Positions 27,658-37,359 of a stretch of 64,000 nucleotides of DNA are shown piece by piece. Position 1 is the stretch's first letter, and every line of letters begins with the position of its first letter. A program made the position numbers and the translations under genes. The notes under the pieces were generated by a model that was not told the DNA's origin, ran no database searches, and saw only the letters and a program-made list of their open reading frames with translations. Source of the stretch: a virus; IMG/VR virus record IMGVR_UViG_3300032893_000029, positions 9,636 through 73,635 of that record. One strand, written 5' to 3'.

Positions 27658-28272
27658 ATGCCAATTCCACCGACAAAACACGGTCTACCAGCTATGGCCT
27701 GCGTCTCCGCGCTCCAGAAATGCATCCGCCGCGGCCTCGAGCGCGAGGCGATGGAGTTCGCCGTCGAACTCCATGAAACATCGAAGGGCTTCAATACAAT
27801 GCTCTGCAATCGCCTAGAAATAATTAGTCATGAGGACATCTGCATTTTTTCGAGCCCGCACATCGTTCCTTTCGTCAAGGCGTGCTGCGATCAGGCTAGG
27901 GAGTGGTACGACCCGAAGATGCTGAAGCCCGGCAAATCCAGGATGGCGATCGGCAACGCGATCCGCATGATGGCGCGGGCACCGAAGAGCCGGGAAGGCG
28001 ATCATTTTCACGTCGCCGTCGGGCTGCGCGCCGCGCTCGAACACTACGTCCCGGAAATCCCGGATTGGGCGAACGACGGTCACACTCTCGTCGGCAAGCG
28101 CATGGGCCGCGGCCTCGACTTCTTCCGGGAAGTCTCGACGCAGCTATATCCGGCGCCGGCCGTCGCAGACCCTTACGAGGAAGAGTTTTACCGCCTTCTC
28201 GCGCTCAAAGCGCGACAGCCTAAGACGGCGACACCGGGAGACTTTCTTGGCGCGGAAGATCAAGACGAGTAG
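27658..28272 (+). CDS. RarA/MgsA C-terminal-like protein lacking ATPase
   Basis: SALQKCIRRG ... RL.IIS.EDI ... IPD.A.D.HT..G. Confidence 0.6.
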   Translation: MPIPPTKHGLPAMACVSALQKCIRRGLEREAMEFAVELHETSKGFNTMLCNRLEIISHEDICIFSSPHIVPFVKACCDQAREWYDPKMLKPGKSRMAIGNAIRMMARAPKSREGDHFHVAVGLRAALEHYVPEIPDWANDGHTLVGKRMGRGLDFFREVSTQLYPAPAVADPYEEEFYRLLALKARQPKTATPGDFLGAEDQDE

Positions 28273-28912
28273 CCACGATATCGGCGACAAGCTGTTTGAC
28301 GTCTAGGCCGTCCTGGTCACAGGTACTTTTCAGGGCCCACGTCAGGAAGTCCTGCATCGCTTCACTGCTCTTGCGGAAGAGATCGTGGTGCCAAATCACC
28401 GGCACCGCGTTCTCGGCCGCTTTGAAGCGCAGATGTTCCGACATAAAGGTGTGTGCCGCGATCGCCCGCTGCCGGACACTGTGATGCTCGCCGACGCCGT
28501 ACCCGCGGTTGTGCAGGGCCCAATAGGCGTGCTCATAGAAAGACCACACCCTGGCACGCGTCGGCGGGAACGACAGATCTGCCGGCCGCAGGAAGACGAA
28601 GCAGCGGAAGTGCCGCATGAAGAGCTCGAGCTTCATCGGCGAGAAGACTTCCTTGGTGAAGGTAAAGCCTTCCGTCCCCCACGTCTCCTTGATGCAGCGA
28701 TCGGCCCGGAAATCGCCGGGATCGGCGATTTTGTCGTAGCACTCGACGAGCTCGCAGCCGAAGTGCTGCACCAGGGCCCGTTCGTGCTTGAAGTTCCGGA
28801 TTGGATTAAAGAACTCCGGGGCACAGCGACAGCCCTCGATGTTCCTGGCGATCTGCTCGCCGAACCAGGTCGACCCGCTGTTCGGCAGGCTCAGCATAAG
28901 AAGTGGTTTCAC
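28220..28912 (-). CDS. Sulfotransferase-like protein
   Basis: N-terminal LLMLSLPNSGSTWF (PAPS 5'-binding-like), EFFNP, FTKEV, FVFLRP. Confidence 0.55.
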   Translation of the reverse strand: MKPLLMLSLPNSGSTWFGEQIARNIEGCRCAPEFFNPIRNFKHERALVQHFGCELVECYDKIADPGDFRADRCIKETWGTEGFTFTKEVFSPMKLELFMRHFRCFVFLRPADLSFPPTRARVWSFYEHAYWALHNRGYGVGEHHSVRQRAIAAHTFMSEHLRFKAAENAVPVIWHHDLFRKSSEAMQDFLTWALKSTCDQDGLDVKQLVADIVATRLDLPRQESLPVSPS

Positions 28913-28920
28913 TGGCGCCC

Positions 28921-29685
28921 CTATTTCTGTGCGGTCTTGTTCGTCCTCTTCACCGCGATGCGAATCGCGGCGACATCCCGATTTTTAGCAAATGCCGGCG
29001 GCTTGAACGAAACGGCGTCGCCCCAGGTGTGCCGCAGAGCTCGCGACGCCTTCTCGAACTGCTCCGGGGTCACCAGACCGACATTGCCGCCGCGGCCGGA
29101 AAAGACGCGGCCACAATCGAAATAGAACCGGATGTCGGCATAGACGCAGCGGTCCTCGAGCAGCGTTTGCAGCGTCCAGTCGACATCGGCGCGACCGAAG
29201 TACTCCGGCCGGTAGTGCCGCCGGCGGGCCCGTCCCATGACGCCGAAGGCGTTGCAGACCGATTGCGTCGGCACGATCGGGCGGACATCCGGTTTGATGA
29301 CTGTGGTGTTCGGCGTCCTGGAGAAGCAGAACGTCGTCAGACCGAGGTCTTTCGTGTTGCGGGCGGAGTTTTCGAGGATGGCGAGGATTTCGTCGGGACT
29401 GTGGATGTAGCGCTGAGATCCCGTCGTCACCTTGACGCCGCGGAAATCGTCATCGATTTCGATGAGAATATCCGCGCTGACGTTATCCATCATCCAGTTG
29501 ATCACATAGGGCAGGCCTTCCATCGGCGGGTGGAGCAGAAGCTTGTCCTTCGGGACTTCCGACGCGTAATCCTTGGCCTCGCGCTCGTCGACGCAGATCA
29601 CAGCGGAGGGAAGCAGATGCCGCAGCAGCGGCATGTTGTGGGCGCGCCGGCGGGACGGGACCACGATCCGGTAATCGAGCTTCAT
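28921..29685 (-). CDS. TET-associated (TAGT/GREB1-like) glycosyltransferase
   Basis: IVVPSRRRA, V...E...Y, EIDDDF DxD motif, D.D..LQ.L, GG.VG. Confidence 0.7.
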   Translation of the reverse strand: MKLDYRIVVPSRRRAHNMPLLRHLLPSAVICVDEREAKDYASEVPKDKLLLHPPMEGLPYVINWMMDNVSADILIEIDDDFRGVKVTTGSQRYIHSPDEILAILENSARNTKDLGLTTFCFSRTPNTTVIKPDVRPIVPTQSVCNAFGVMGRARRRHYRPEYFGRADVDWTLQTLLEDRCVYADIRFYFDCGRVFSGRGGNVGLVTPEQFEKASRALRHTWGDAVSFKPPAFAKNRDVAAIRIAVKRTNKTAQK

Positions 29686-29843
29686 TTTGCTATCATAACC
29701 AAAACATTCGCCATCAGCGTTGTTGCCGCGGTCGCGAGGCAGGTAAGCAACAGTCGGTCGAATCCGCGCCAACCGAACCCATTAAAAACATCGGACCAGA
29801 AGGCGCCGAGCAGGAACAGGCAGATATACGATTCGGCTGTCAT
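29682..29843 (-). CDS. 53-aa hydrophobic ORF
   Basis: ATGA overlaps at both ends; MTAESYICLFLLGAFW. Confidence 0.45.
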   Translation of the reverse strand: MTAESYICLFLLGAFWSDVFNGFGWRGFDRLLLTCLATAATTLMANVLVMIAK

Positions 29844-30511
29844 TTCTTCGGCTCCAGCAGCTTCAGCAATGTTTCGGCGCGGATCGCGCGCGATGTCCCC
29901 ATCCGGCCGCGGCGCTTCTCCGGCTTCAAGCCGAACTTGTCGCAGAGCACGTTGAACTCGTGCGTCGTCGACGCCAGGACAACGAAGAAGTCGTAATGCT
30001 CGTGCGGTTGCAGCGCCATTCCAGGGACTTCAACGGACTCTTCGTCTTCTTCGTCTTCCTCTTCCTTCGCCAGCTTGTGACCGATGTCGGCGAGCAGCCG
30101 GCGGATTTCGGCGTTGGTTTCGTCGCGGGCCTTCTCGAGCAGAGCGGCAAGCTTTTCCTTGTTGCCCTTCGCCATCTGCGAGATCGGATCGTAGGTCAGC
30201 AAAATCTTGTCGGCCTCTTCGTCGTTAAGATCGACGATGAGAACCGGAACCTCCTGGTCATCGAGGATGTCGCTTCTGAGATGCCCGTCGAGCAGTTCGA
30301 ACCCATCGTCGACTTTGCGGGCGACAACGGCGCCGACGATGCCGATTTCCTTCAGGATTCCGGTCAACGCGCCTTTCTGGCTTTCCGGATGGACGCGCCA
30401 GTTCTTCTTGTTGCGCTTGAGCTCTTTGCCTTTGATGCGGCGGAAATCGACGATGCGGTCACGAAAGGCCGTGCTGACTTCGGGAGCGGGTTTCGGTTTC
30501 GGCTTTGTCAT
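29840..30511 (-). CDS. ParB/Srx N-terminal domain protein
   Basis: N.R.HP..Q...L...L.EIG.V, LLDGHLR, EVPV. Confidence 0.75.
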   Translation of the reverse strand: MTKPKPKPAPEVSTAFRDRIVDFRRIKGKELKRNKKNWRVHPESQKGALTGILKEIGIVGAVVARKVDDGFELLDGHLRSDILDDQEVPVLIVDLNDEEADKILLTYDPISQMAKGNKEKLAALLEKARDETNAEIRRLLADIGHKLAKEEEDEEDEESVEVPGMALQPHEHYDFFVVLASTTHEFNVLCDKFGLKPEKRRGRMGTSRAIRAETLLKLLEPKK

Positions 30512-30522
30512 TGCATGGCCCC

Positions 30523-31077
30523 TCAGATGGAAATCTCGCTTCGAAAACGCTTGTAATCACCGCCGCATGGCTCGACGAAAGACGCCCACGGCATTCGCTT
30601 CATCATCGAGGAATCGTCGACGCGCAGAACGCCGGCGCGCCGCGCGTCTGGTCTGAGCGCAAAAACCCATCGATCCTTCGTCGCTTGCTGCTTGCCCTCC
30701 GTCCATGAACCGTTGCCGGTTGGGGGGGGGCGGAGACGATGCCATGTCGGCGCCCACGCCCAATTGCAGGCTCGATAGAGCGCGCCGGTATGGCCTTGCG
30801 ACGGATCTGAATAGCTGACCACAGTCGTCGCTTCGACGTGAGAGCGCGCCCACTTCGCAAAGCGAGACCATTGACGCGATCCTGCATTCGGTTCGCCGAG
30901 CAGGCACCATCTGACCAGCTCGAGCCAATCACCAGGAAGCTTGCGCGATCGCGGAGACGAAAACAGCATGACGCCAAATTCGTCTTTCCATCCGAATGTC
31001 GCTGTCTTCGTCGGACCGAGATAGTGACGCCCGACCAGGACACGATTGCACTCTTCAACGCTCGCCAGCACTTGCAT
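30523..31077 (-). CDS. Mom-like GNAT DNA-modification protein
   Basis: HYLG, ELVRWC, VVSYSDPSQGHTGALYRACNW. Confidence 0.75.
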   Translation of the reverse strand: MQVLASVEECNRVLVGRHYLGPTKTATFGWKDEFGVMLFSSPRSRKLPGDWLELVRWCLLGEPNAGSRQWSRFAKWARSHVEATTVVSYSDPSQGHTGALYRACNWAWAPTWHRLRPPPTGNGSWTEGKQQATKDRWVFALRPDARRAGVLRVDDSSMMKRMPWASFVEPCGGDYKRFRSEISI

Positions 31078-31244
31078 CCCTCGTCATTCTCAAAAAAGAA
31101 AAGGACCGGCGGTTATCCCGCCGGTCCCTCTGGAAGATGCGTTTCGTTCGCGAGAATCGCGATGTGAGAACCGTGCCTACATGACGTTCTCCTTTCGCTC
31201 TAGCTTCTGGGACCGGCGCACCGGTCCTTGGGTGCCTGGAAAGA

Positions 31245-31971
31245 CTAGGCCAGGTGATCGTCGAAACCAAGCACGGCATCGACGAGCTCGGCGCCATAGA
31301 TGTAGATAAGCCGTTTCCTCGACATACCGCCGCGGCGGTAGTGGTTAATCGAGGCGATGTCCTTGTTGCGGCGTTCCAAGCTGGCATTGAGAAGAAATTC
31401 CTCTTCGCGTCGGCGTTCTTCGGCGGACATCGGCTCCGGACGCCGGTGACGGGCGATCTTTGCCGCGGAAACCTCAGACGCCATCACCTTGCTCGACAGC
31501 ACTGCCGGCGTTCGGCTCGACTTCTCCTGGCAGGAATTCGCCGGCGGCAGGATCGGCCGCGGCGCCGTTGACAGCGGCGAGCGGCGGGATCTGCGGGGCA
31601 TCGACGATGTCTTCCGGTTTTGGTTGCCATTGAGCCAGTGCGGCCTGAAGAGCCGGGTGGCGCCAGCAGAGATCGTTGGTCTTGTGAACCTGTGGATAGA
31701 CCGTGCGTAACTGCGTCGACTGCTTGCCGTTCGGCAGCGCGAGCGGAAGCAGCATGACGCGCGGCGGATCGGCTCGGCAGATCCGATTGGTGAAGTCGAC
31801 GACGCCGCCGGGTCGTATTCCGGGATTCGACATCGGGCAATTGCCGCAGTTTGCGGCGTAGTGTTTCTGCGGCGCGCCAGCGGCGGCTTTCTCGGCTTCG
31901 ACGTTCTGCTCTTCGGTCATTCGTGCTCTCCTCTTTCTGTCTCTGACGTACTTCGGGACGAAACGCGGCAT
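31245..31971 (-). CDS. Two hypothetical ORFs (about 31245-31430; 31474-31971 Cys-rich)
   Basis: CGNC...CR.DPP...YP.V...D.C motif in the second ORF. Confidence 0.5.
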
Positions 31972-31973
31972 GG

Positions 31974-33056
31974 TTATTTTTCCTCCGCAAGCCGGATGAC
32001 GACATCCTGGCCGTATTCGCGATCGAGCCTGGTCCGGTAATTATTCCGGACCCAACTGGCGCGAAACGCTTTGGTGTAGACGAACTCGACGGACTTGCCA
32101 TCCTCGACGACTTCGCAATCGGCGAACCAACTCAGGATTTCTGCGCTTTCGATTCCGGCGTGAAGCAGCCGGCCGACGTGATGGCCGATGCGGGCCCGCA
32201 GCCGATCGAGCTCGATGTCGATGTCATGCTTCGGCGCCATCTGTTCGAGATAGCCCTTGTAGGCGCCTTCGCGGAGCCAGGTCCGCGGATGCTGGACGAG
32301 AAGCGGGCCCGCCGATGACGGCCGGCGCTCGTTCTCCTCTTCGATCCAGCGGCCGTGCGCGTCGATCGCGGCGATCATTTCTGCCGGCGTCGGCGGCGAC
32401 TTCGAAAGCTGGATCGACTGGTAGGCCTGTTTCGCCGCCTCTTCGGATGAATCCCTCCGGAAGCCCGGCCAGCGCCGGAAGGCCGCCCAGATCTGGTCCC
32501 ATGTCGGGACCGGTGGCGATGCTGTCTTTTCCGTCCCGAAAAGCGGCATCTCACTCTCTCCCCCTAGAGAGTTAAGGGACGGTTCTTCTGACGGTTCTCT
32601 ATATGCGCTGTCGGATTCTGCACCCTTTCGTGTCGGCATCTGCACCGTTTGGGTCGGACTACGGTGCAGATTCTGCATCCTTTTTTTCCTTCGTTTCTGG
32701 AACCTACAGGCGTCGCAGTCGGGATTTTCCTGCTCGTGCAAACCCTGCAATTCCTGCACCCTTTCTAAGTCTATGACGTAGTGAACGAATCGGCTCCGGC
32801 CACCGAGATTGACCCCCTCCCCGATTGGCATCCCGTCCTCGTCGACCCGGATGATGATGCCGTCTTCCCGAAGCCGTTTCAGGGCATCCTGGGTCGCCCG
32901 AACGGATTGGCGGCACTTCGCAGCGAGATATTCGACACTTGGGAAGATGTTCTCGCCGTTATGGTCGCCAGCATCGGCGAGTGCGAGAAGGACGAGAAGC
33001 TGTCCCCCCTGGTAAAGGCATGTCCTCCAGATATCGGTCATGACCTGGATGCTCAT
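31974..33056 (-). CDS. Replication initiator (HTH, lambda O-like)
   Basis: LVLLALAD..D..G...FPSV..LA.KC..S.R.Q..L..L...G.I; EPSEEPS; HPRTWL. Confidence 0.8.
   Translation of the reverse strand: MSIQVMTDIWRTCLYQGGQLLVLLALADAGDHNGENIFPSVEYLAAKCRQSVRATQDALKRLREDGIIIRVDEDGMPIGEGVNLGGRSRFVHYVIDLERVQELQGLHEQENPDCDACRFQKRRKKRMQNLHRSPTQTVQMPTRKGAESDSAYREPSEEPSLNSLGGESEMPLFGTEKTASPPVPTWDQIWAAFRRWPGFRRDSSEEAAKQAYQSIQLSKSPPTPAEMIAAIDAHGRWIEEENERRPSSAGPLLVQHPRTWLREGAYKGYLEQMAPKHDIDIELDRLRARIGHHVGRLLHAGIESAEILSWFADCEVVEDGKSVEFVYTKAFRASWVRNNYRTRLDREYGQDVVIRLAEEK
32615..32766. repeat. Iteron-like repeats, putative origin
   Basis: (T/C)CTGCA(C/T)C at about 32617, 32639, 32672, 32752, an inverted copy at 32662, and a T-tract, all within the rep linker. 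Confidence 0.6.
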
Positions 33057-33403
33057 GGGCGATCGACCTTCCAGGAAAGTCGATAAGTGTGCGCAGAAAA
33101 CGGGTGCCAACTGATTCGGCCGCCAATCTTCGTTCTATTCTTTCGAATGACGTAACCGGCTCTGACCAGACGATTGATTGAGCGCGCGATAGTGGCGCGA
33201 TCTACACAGACAGCAGCAGCCATTTTTGTTTGGCTAACCCGGCACCAGTTTTTCTTTCGAGCCAACAGGATCAAAAAACAGAGCACCCGCAGATCGTTGC
33301 GTTTTAGCGTCGGATCACTGCAAGCACCGAATGGCACCGCGATCTGCGCAGGCGGACGGCCAAAAAATTTCGGATCGGTTCTGAATTTTGCGGCGCGGGT
33401 CAC
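33053..33403 (-). CDS. HTH DNA-binding protein
   Basis: SQTKMA....VDRATIARSINRL...GY. Confidence 0.7.
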   Translation of the reverse strand: MTRAAKFRTDPKFFGRPPAQIAVPFGACSDPTLKRNDLRVLCFLILLARKKNWCRVSQTKMAAAVCVDRATIARSINRLVRAGYVIRKNRTKIGGRISWHPFSAHTYRLSWKVDRP

Positions 33404-34188
33404 AGCATCGACCCCTGGCGTTTCGGGTCCGGTGTGACCGCTTCCGCCGGCATCCACTTAGCCGATTTGTCCTTGATCTCGGCATAGACCCGGGGATGCT
33501 GCGCGCGGAATCGCGGCATCTGCCGGCCTTCGAAAAGCTTGCCGTCCTCGACGCGAAGCCATTCCTGCGCGATCCAGCGGCGGACATCGATGTTGAGCGC
33601 CTTGAAATCGGCACGGGTCACATGACCTCTGAGCTCGAGGATGACCGCGATCTTCAGTGCGCGGACTTTCCAGTCCGTCAATTGCACCGGCGCTTTGCTG
33701 CCGGCGATGACATCCGGCACGAAATCCGGAAGTCTGCACCGCCGATACGGCGCCCGCTCGTGCCAGGCCTCCGACCAGATTCCGGTGTCGTCGATCGCTG
33801 GGAGCACGGGATCGAAAGCACCGCTGTAGCGGAATTTCAGATCGCCGTGCCCTTCCGGCCAGCACCGCAGAATTGTCAGACCGAGATATTCGCAGATGCG
33901 TTCGAGCTTTTGCAGCCCAACATACGCCGGGACCAGAACGGCACGGCAATCCGGACCGTTGCGGTCGAAATAGCTGTTTCCCAGCGCCTGGTTGATGACA
34001 TCGAGATTCATCGCCATCTTGGCCTGAATCCCGATCTGGAATCCGTCAACTTTCCTGACCAGAAGGATGTCCCAGCCGGCGGTTTCGTTGTAGGCGATCC
34101 AGGCCTCGCCGATGAGCGATGTGAAGCGGGCGCACAACGCGGCCTCGCTTTCGAACTTCGGCTCTTCGGTCCTGACCCCCTTTCGCAT
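33400..34188 (-). CDS. PD-(D/E)xK-like nuclease fold protein
   Basis: E..L ... YNETAGWDILLV ... IGIQAK. Confidence 0.5.
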   Translation of the reverse strand: MRKGVRTEEPKFESEAALCARFTSLIGEAWIAYNETAGWDILLVRKVDGFQIGIQAKMAMNLDVINQALGNSYFDRNGPDCRAVLVPAYVGLQKLERICEYLGLTILRCWPEGHGDLKFRYSGAFDPVLPAIDDTGIWSEAWHERAPYRRCRLPDFVPDVIAGSKAPVQLTDWKVRALKIAVILELRGHVTRADFKALNIDVRRWIAQEWLRVEDGKLFEGRQMPRFRAQHPRVYAEIKDKSAKWMPAEAVTPDPKRQGSML

Positions 34189-34192
34189 CCCG

Positions 34193-34393
34193 TCAGCTCC
34201 GATAGATGCGGCGATTGCGTTTCGGTCTCGGCACGCCGGCGTCGTCAAGAATCTTTGCGATGGTCATCATGCCGCGCCCCATGCGTGTGGCGATGGTCGA
34301 CACGGCGAGATCGTGCGGCGGCTTCGCCAGCGCGATGATGCGATCGCGTTCTTTCTCGTCGATCGGTGGCAATGTCCGATAGGCGCCGCTCAT
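34193..34393 (-). CDS. Small HTH protein
   Basis: VSTIATRMGRGMMTIAKIL...GV. Confidence 0.55.
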   Translation of the reverse strand: MSGAYRTLPPIDEKERDRIIALAKPPHDLAVSTIATRMGRGMMTIAKILDDAGVPRPKRNRRIYRS

Positions 34394-34965
34394 CAGACCG
34401 CTCCCTGATCGAAGAGCCCGACCTGGTCGCCCCAGTTGTCCCAGCCGGCGCGATCCGTTCTGGTGAACAGATCGGCGCGATTGACCAAGTTCCAGCAATG
34501 GGCGTCGACCATCGCGTAAAATTCTTCGGGCTTGCGGGAATGCTCGCGGGCCAGACCTTCGAATGTCGACGGAAACGGCTTGTGCTGCGGCGAGCCCGTG
34601 GTTGCGAGAAGAATCGGCTCGTGCATCGTCCGGACGCGATAGCCGGTCCCCATTCGGTTCTTGTTGTTGACGGTCTTTTTGAGCCAGACGATCTCGCTCT
34701 TCGGCACAAAGCCCCATGTCCGCACGATGTCCGTCGCGATGCCTTCGGCCATCGCCCAGCCCGTGGTCCAGAACAGCAGGAGGCAGTCCTTGCTGGCGAG
34801 CTCGCCAACCGGAAGGGCCTTGATGTCGGCCAGCGGCATGACCTTGTAATGGGGATCGGCACCCTTGGCGGTACCGGCGTCGGAATAGTTTTTGAAATCC
34901 AGCGGAACATCGGCAACAATCAACTCGTAGCCGAACATCCGCAGTCCGCCGAACTGCCAACTCAT
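34393..34965 (-). CDS. MT-A70 family adenine methyltransferase (motif DVPL)
   Basis: HY..M....I..LPV..LA, LFW.T, WGF, W.K, G.GY..R..HE, REHSRKP, LF.R..R.GW..WG. Confidence 0.8.
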   Translation of the reverse strand: MSWQFGGLRMFGYELIVADVPLDFKNYSDAGTAKGADPHYKVMPLADIKALPVGELASKDCLLLFWTTGWAMAEGIATDIVRTWGFVPKSEIVWLKKTVNNKNRMGTGYRVRTMHEPILLATTGSPQHKPFPSTFEGLAREHSRKPEEFYAMVDAHCWNLVNRADLFTRTDRAGWDNWGDQVGLFDQGAV

Positions 34966-35137
34966 CGCACACGCTCCTTCGCGAGCGCTGCCATCTGTCC
35001 GTGATTCGCCGGACCCACGGCAAGGGGGTCCATCGCGTTTCGTTCCGGAAAAATTTCTAGCTGGCCTACGCAAAACAAAGGGGCGCCTCCCGGCTGATCC
35101 CGGGAAGACACCCCAGCATTACCCCCGACGCTGCTTC

Positions 35138-35341
35138 TTAAGCGGCAGCGATTCGTTCGTATTCGACTGGCTTCCGGCGCAGGCCGAGCGGCTCGAGGAC
35201 GCTGTCCCCGGGCTCGGATTTTTCGTTGAGGACATCGGAAACGTACTGCTTGGAGACGCCGTTCTTGGTCGCCCAGGCCGTGAGCGATCCTTCCGCTTCG
35301 ACCGCCCGCCGGAGGATTCTTCGCACTTCCGCAGCTTTCAT
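35138..35341 (-). CDS. Cro-like HTH regulator
   Basis: WA...GVS.QYVSDVL.....PG..VL..LGL; first gene of leftward operon. Confidence 0.75.
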   Translation of the reverse strand: MKAAEVRRILRRAVEAEGSLTAWATKNGVSKQYVSDVLNEKSEPGDSVLEPLGLRRKPVEYERIAAA

Positions 35342-35363
35342 CGCCTATCCGTCCGTAACCGTA

Positions 35364-35393
35364 TTGACATTGGCTAGCCGAAATCGGTACTGA
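35364..35393 (+). promoter_or_regulatory. Sigma70-like rightward promoter
   Basis: TTGACA-N17/18-(G)TACTG in divergent intergenic region. Confidence 0.5.
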
Positions 35394-35437
35394 AATCAAC
35401 AGGGCGATTCCCGCAGAGCAGGAAAAGGGGCGAGCCG

Positions 35438-36260
35438 ATGTCAGACAAGACCGTCCGGCTGGATCAATTCAGGCAGAAACGCCTGCGGGAAACCACGCGG
35501 GCCCGCTTCATCGATGAGGCCATCGAGGAGGTCGACATGCTAAAACGGCACCTCGAGACGATTCGCTCTGGCAAGACCAAGGAAATCGACCGCCAGATCA
35601 CGCTGATCCAGGCCAAGCTGTCTGCGGCCTCGATCGAAGGGCTGCTCGATGCCGCCCGCGCGATGGGCAAGCCTTAATGACGACGAGGGGAACCATGCTT
35701 GACACCGACGACATCTTCACGGCGCAAAAGGCGCTGTACTACGGCCATATCACGCAAGACGAATTCTGCGAACTTCTCGATGCCGGCGGTCTCGGCGCCG
35801 CTGCGATCGGGGAATATCTCGATGCCGTCAGGCTCGCCATCCGGGACAAATATGCCCTGCGCCGGCCGGCTCCGACGCGGCAAGGCGACATCGATTACGA
35901 CCTCGTGCTTGCCGGGTCATGTTCAGATCCGCTCCGGCGGCAGGGAAGCCTCTTCGCCAGATCGGTCCGGCTTGTCATGGAGGCCGTTGTCATCACCGCG
36001 ATCGTGCTGGCGGCGCTGGCCTATATCTGCTTCGGCGGGCGCTGATGGCGGATGTCGATAAAATCGAAGCCGGCTGGCGCGAATACGCCGAAAACGTTCT
36101 GCCGGCAGAGGTCGGCGAAGAACAGAGAATCACGATGAAGATGGCTTACTTCGCCGGAAGCCTGCGAATGGCCCGGCTGATCAGCGAAGGCTTTACGAAA
36201 GAAGAAATCATCGCGTCGCATCTTAAGCATCTTGAAGATTGCCGCACAGGGAAACTCTGA
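35438..36260 (+). CDS. Three small ORFs (35438-35677, 35677-36045, 36045-36260)
   Basis: Coupled stop/start codons. Confidence 0.55.
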
Positions 36261-37186
36261 TGGCCGAGAACTCGGATATCTCCTGGTGTGACCACACGTT
36301 CAACCCGTGGATCGGCTGCACAAAAGTCGGACCTGGCTGCGATCACTGCTACGCCGAAAAGCTGGCGACGACGCGTCTCAAGGTCGGATGGGGCAAAGGC
36401 GCGCCGCGCCGGCGGACAAAACCGCAGAACTGGTCGAAGCTCCTGAAGTGGGACCGCGAGGCCGATGCCTTCTATGCCGCCAACGGCCGCTGGCCGCGGG
36501 TCTTCTGCGCCTCGCTGGCCGACATCTTCGACAACGAAATCGATTCCGGCTGGCGATCGGATTTCTTCGACCACATCCGCAAGACCAGGAACATGGAAAT
36601 CCTGATCGTCACCAAGCGGATCAGCAACGTCGAACGGATGCTGCCGCGGGATTTCGGGGAACACGATGCCGATCGCCGCGTCATCCTGATCATCACCGTT
36701 GTCAACCAGCCAGAAGCCGATCGCGATGTTCCGCGGCTCCTCAAGCTGAAGCACAAGTTTCCCTGGCTTCGCGTCGGGCTCTCGATCGAGCCGATGCTGG
36801 GACCGATCCACCTTTATCCGTACTGGCTCGACCGCAATTTTGATGGTCGCCAGCAGCGCGGGCTCGGACCGACGCCGACAATTGATTGGGTCATCACCGG
36901 CGGGGAAAGCAAACAGCTTGACGGCATCCGTCCGCTGGTGGAGCTCGAGACGCAATGGGTCAGGGATATCGATAGGGTCTGCGTGCGCTATCGTGTGCCG
37001 CACCATTTCAAGCAATGGGGATACACGATTCCGGCCGATCAACTTCTGCACACGACCGCAGCGGACGATGCCGTCATCTATCGAGACAAGCGTGGAGCTC
37101 CAAGGCTTATCTGGCGCGAGGAATTCGGCAACGCGCTCTACGGCCATGAAGTCCGGCAATTCCCGGAACAGAGGATAGCAGCATGA
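36260..37186 (+). CDS. DUF5131 (phage Gp37/Gp68) protein
   Basis: ISWCDHTFNPWIGCTKVGPGCDHCYAE, SIEPMLGP, WVITGGES, FKQWG. Confidence 0.9.
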   Translation: MAENSDISWCDHTFNPWIGCTKVGPGCDHCYAEKLATTRLKVGWGKGAPRRRTKPQNWSKLLKWDREADAFYAANGRWPRVFCASLADIFDNEIDSGWRSDFFDHIRKTRNMEILIVTKRISNVERMLPRDFGEHDADRRVILIITVVNQPEADRDVPRLLKLKHKFPWLRVGLSIEPMLGPIHLYPYWLDRNFDGRQQRGLGPTPTIDWVITGGESKQLDGIRPLVELETQWVRDIDRVCVRYRVPHHFKQWGYTIPADQLLHTTAADDAVIYRDKRGAPRLIWREEFGNALYGHEVRQFPEQRIAA

Positions 37187-37359
37187 CCCGCAGAGACCTA
37201 TTTGAAGAGAAACGCCGCGCCGCGCTGAAAGCCATGTCGTTGCGGGTTTTCACCGCGGTCGTGATGCTGATCTGGATCGTCATCGTCGCCGGCGTCATCG
37301 AGGTTGTCTGGCATTTCGCCGCGAAATACTGGTAGCGCCGTTATCTCGAGAAAGGAAAG

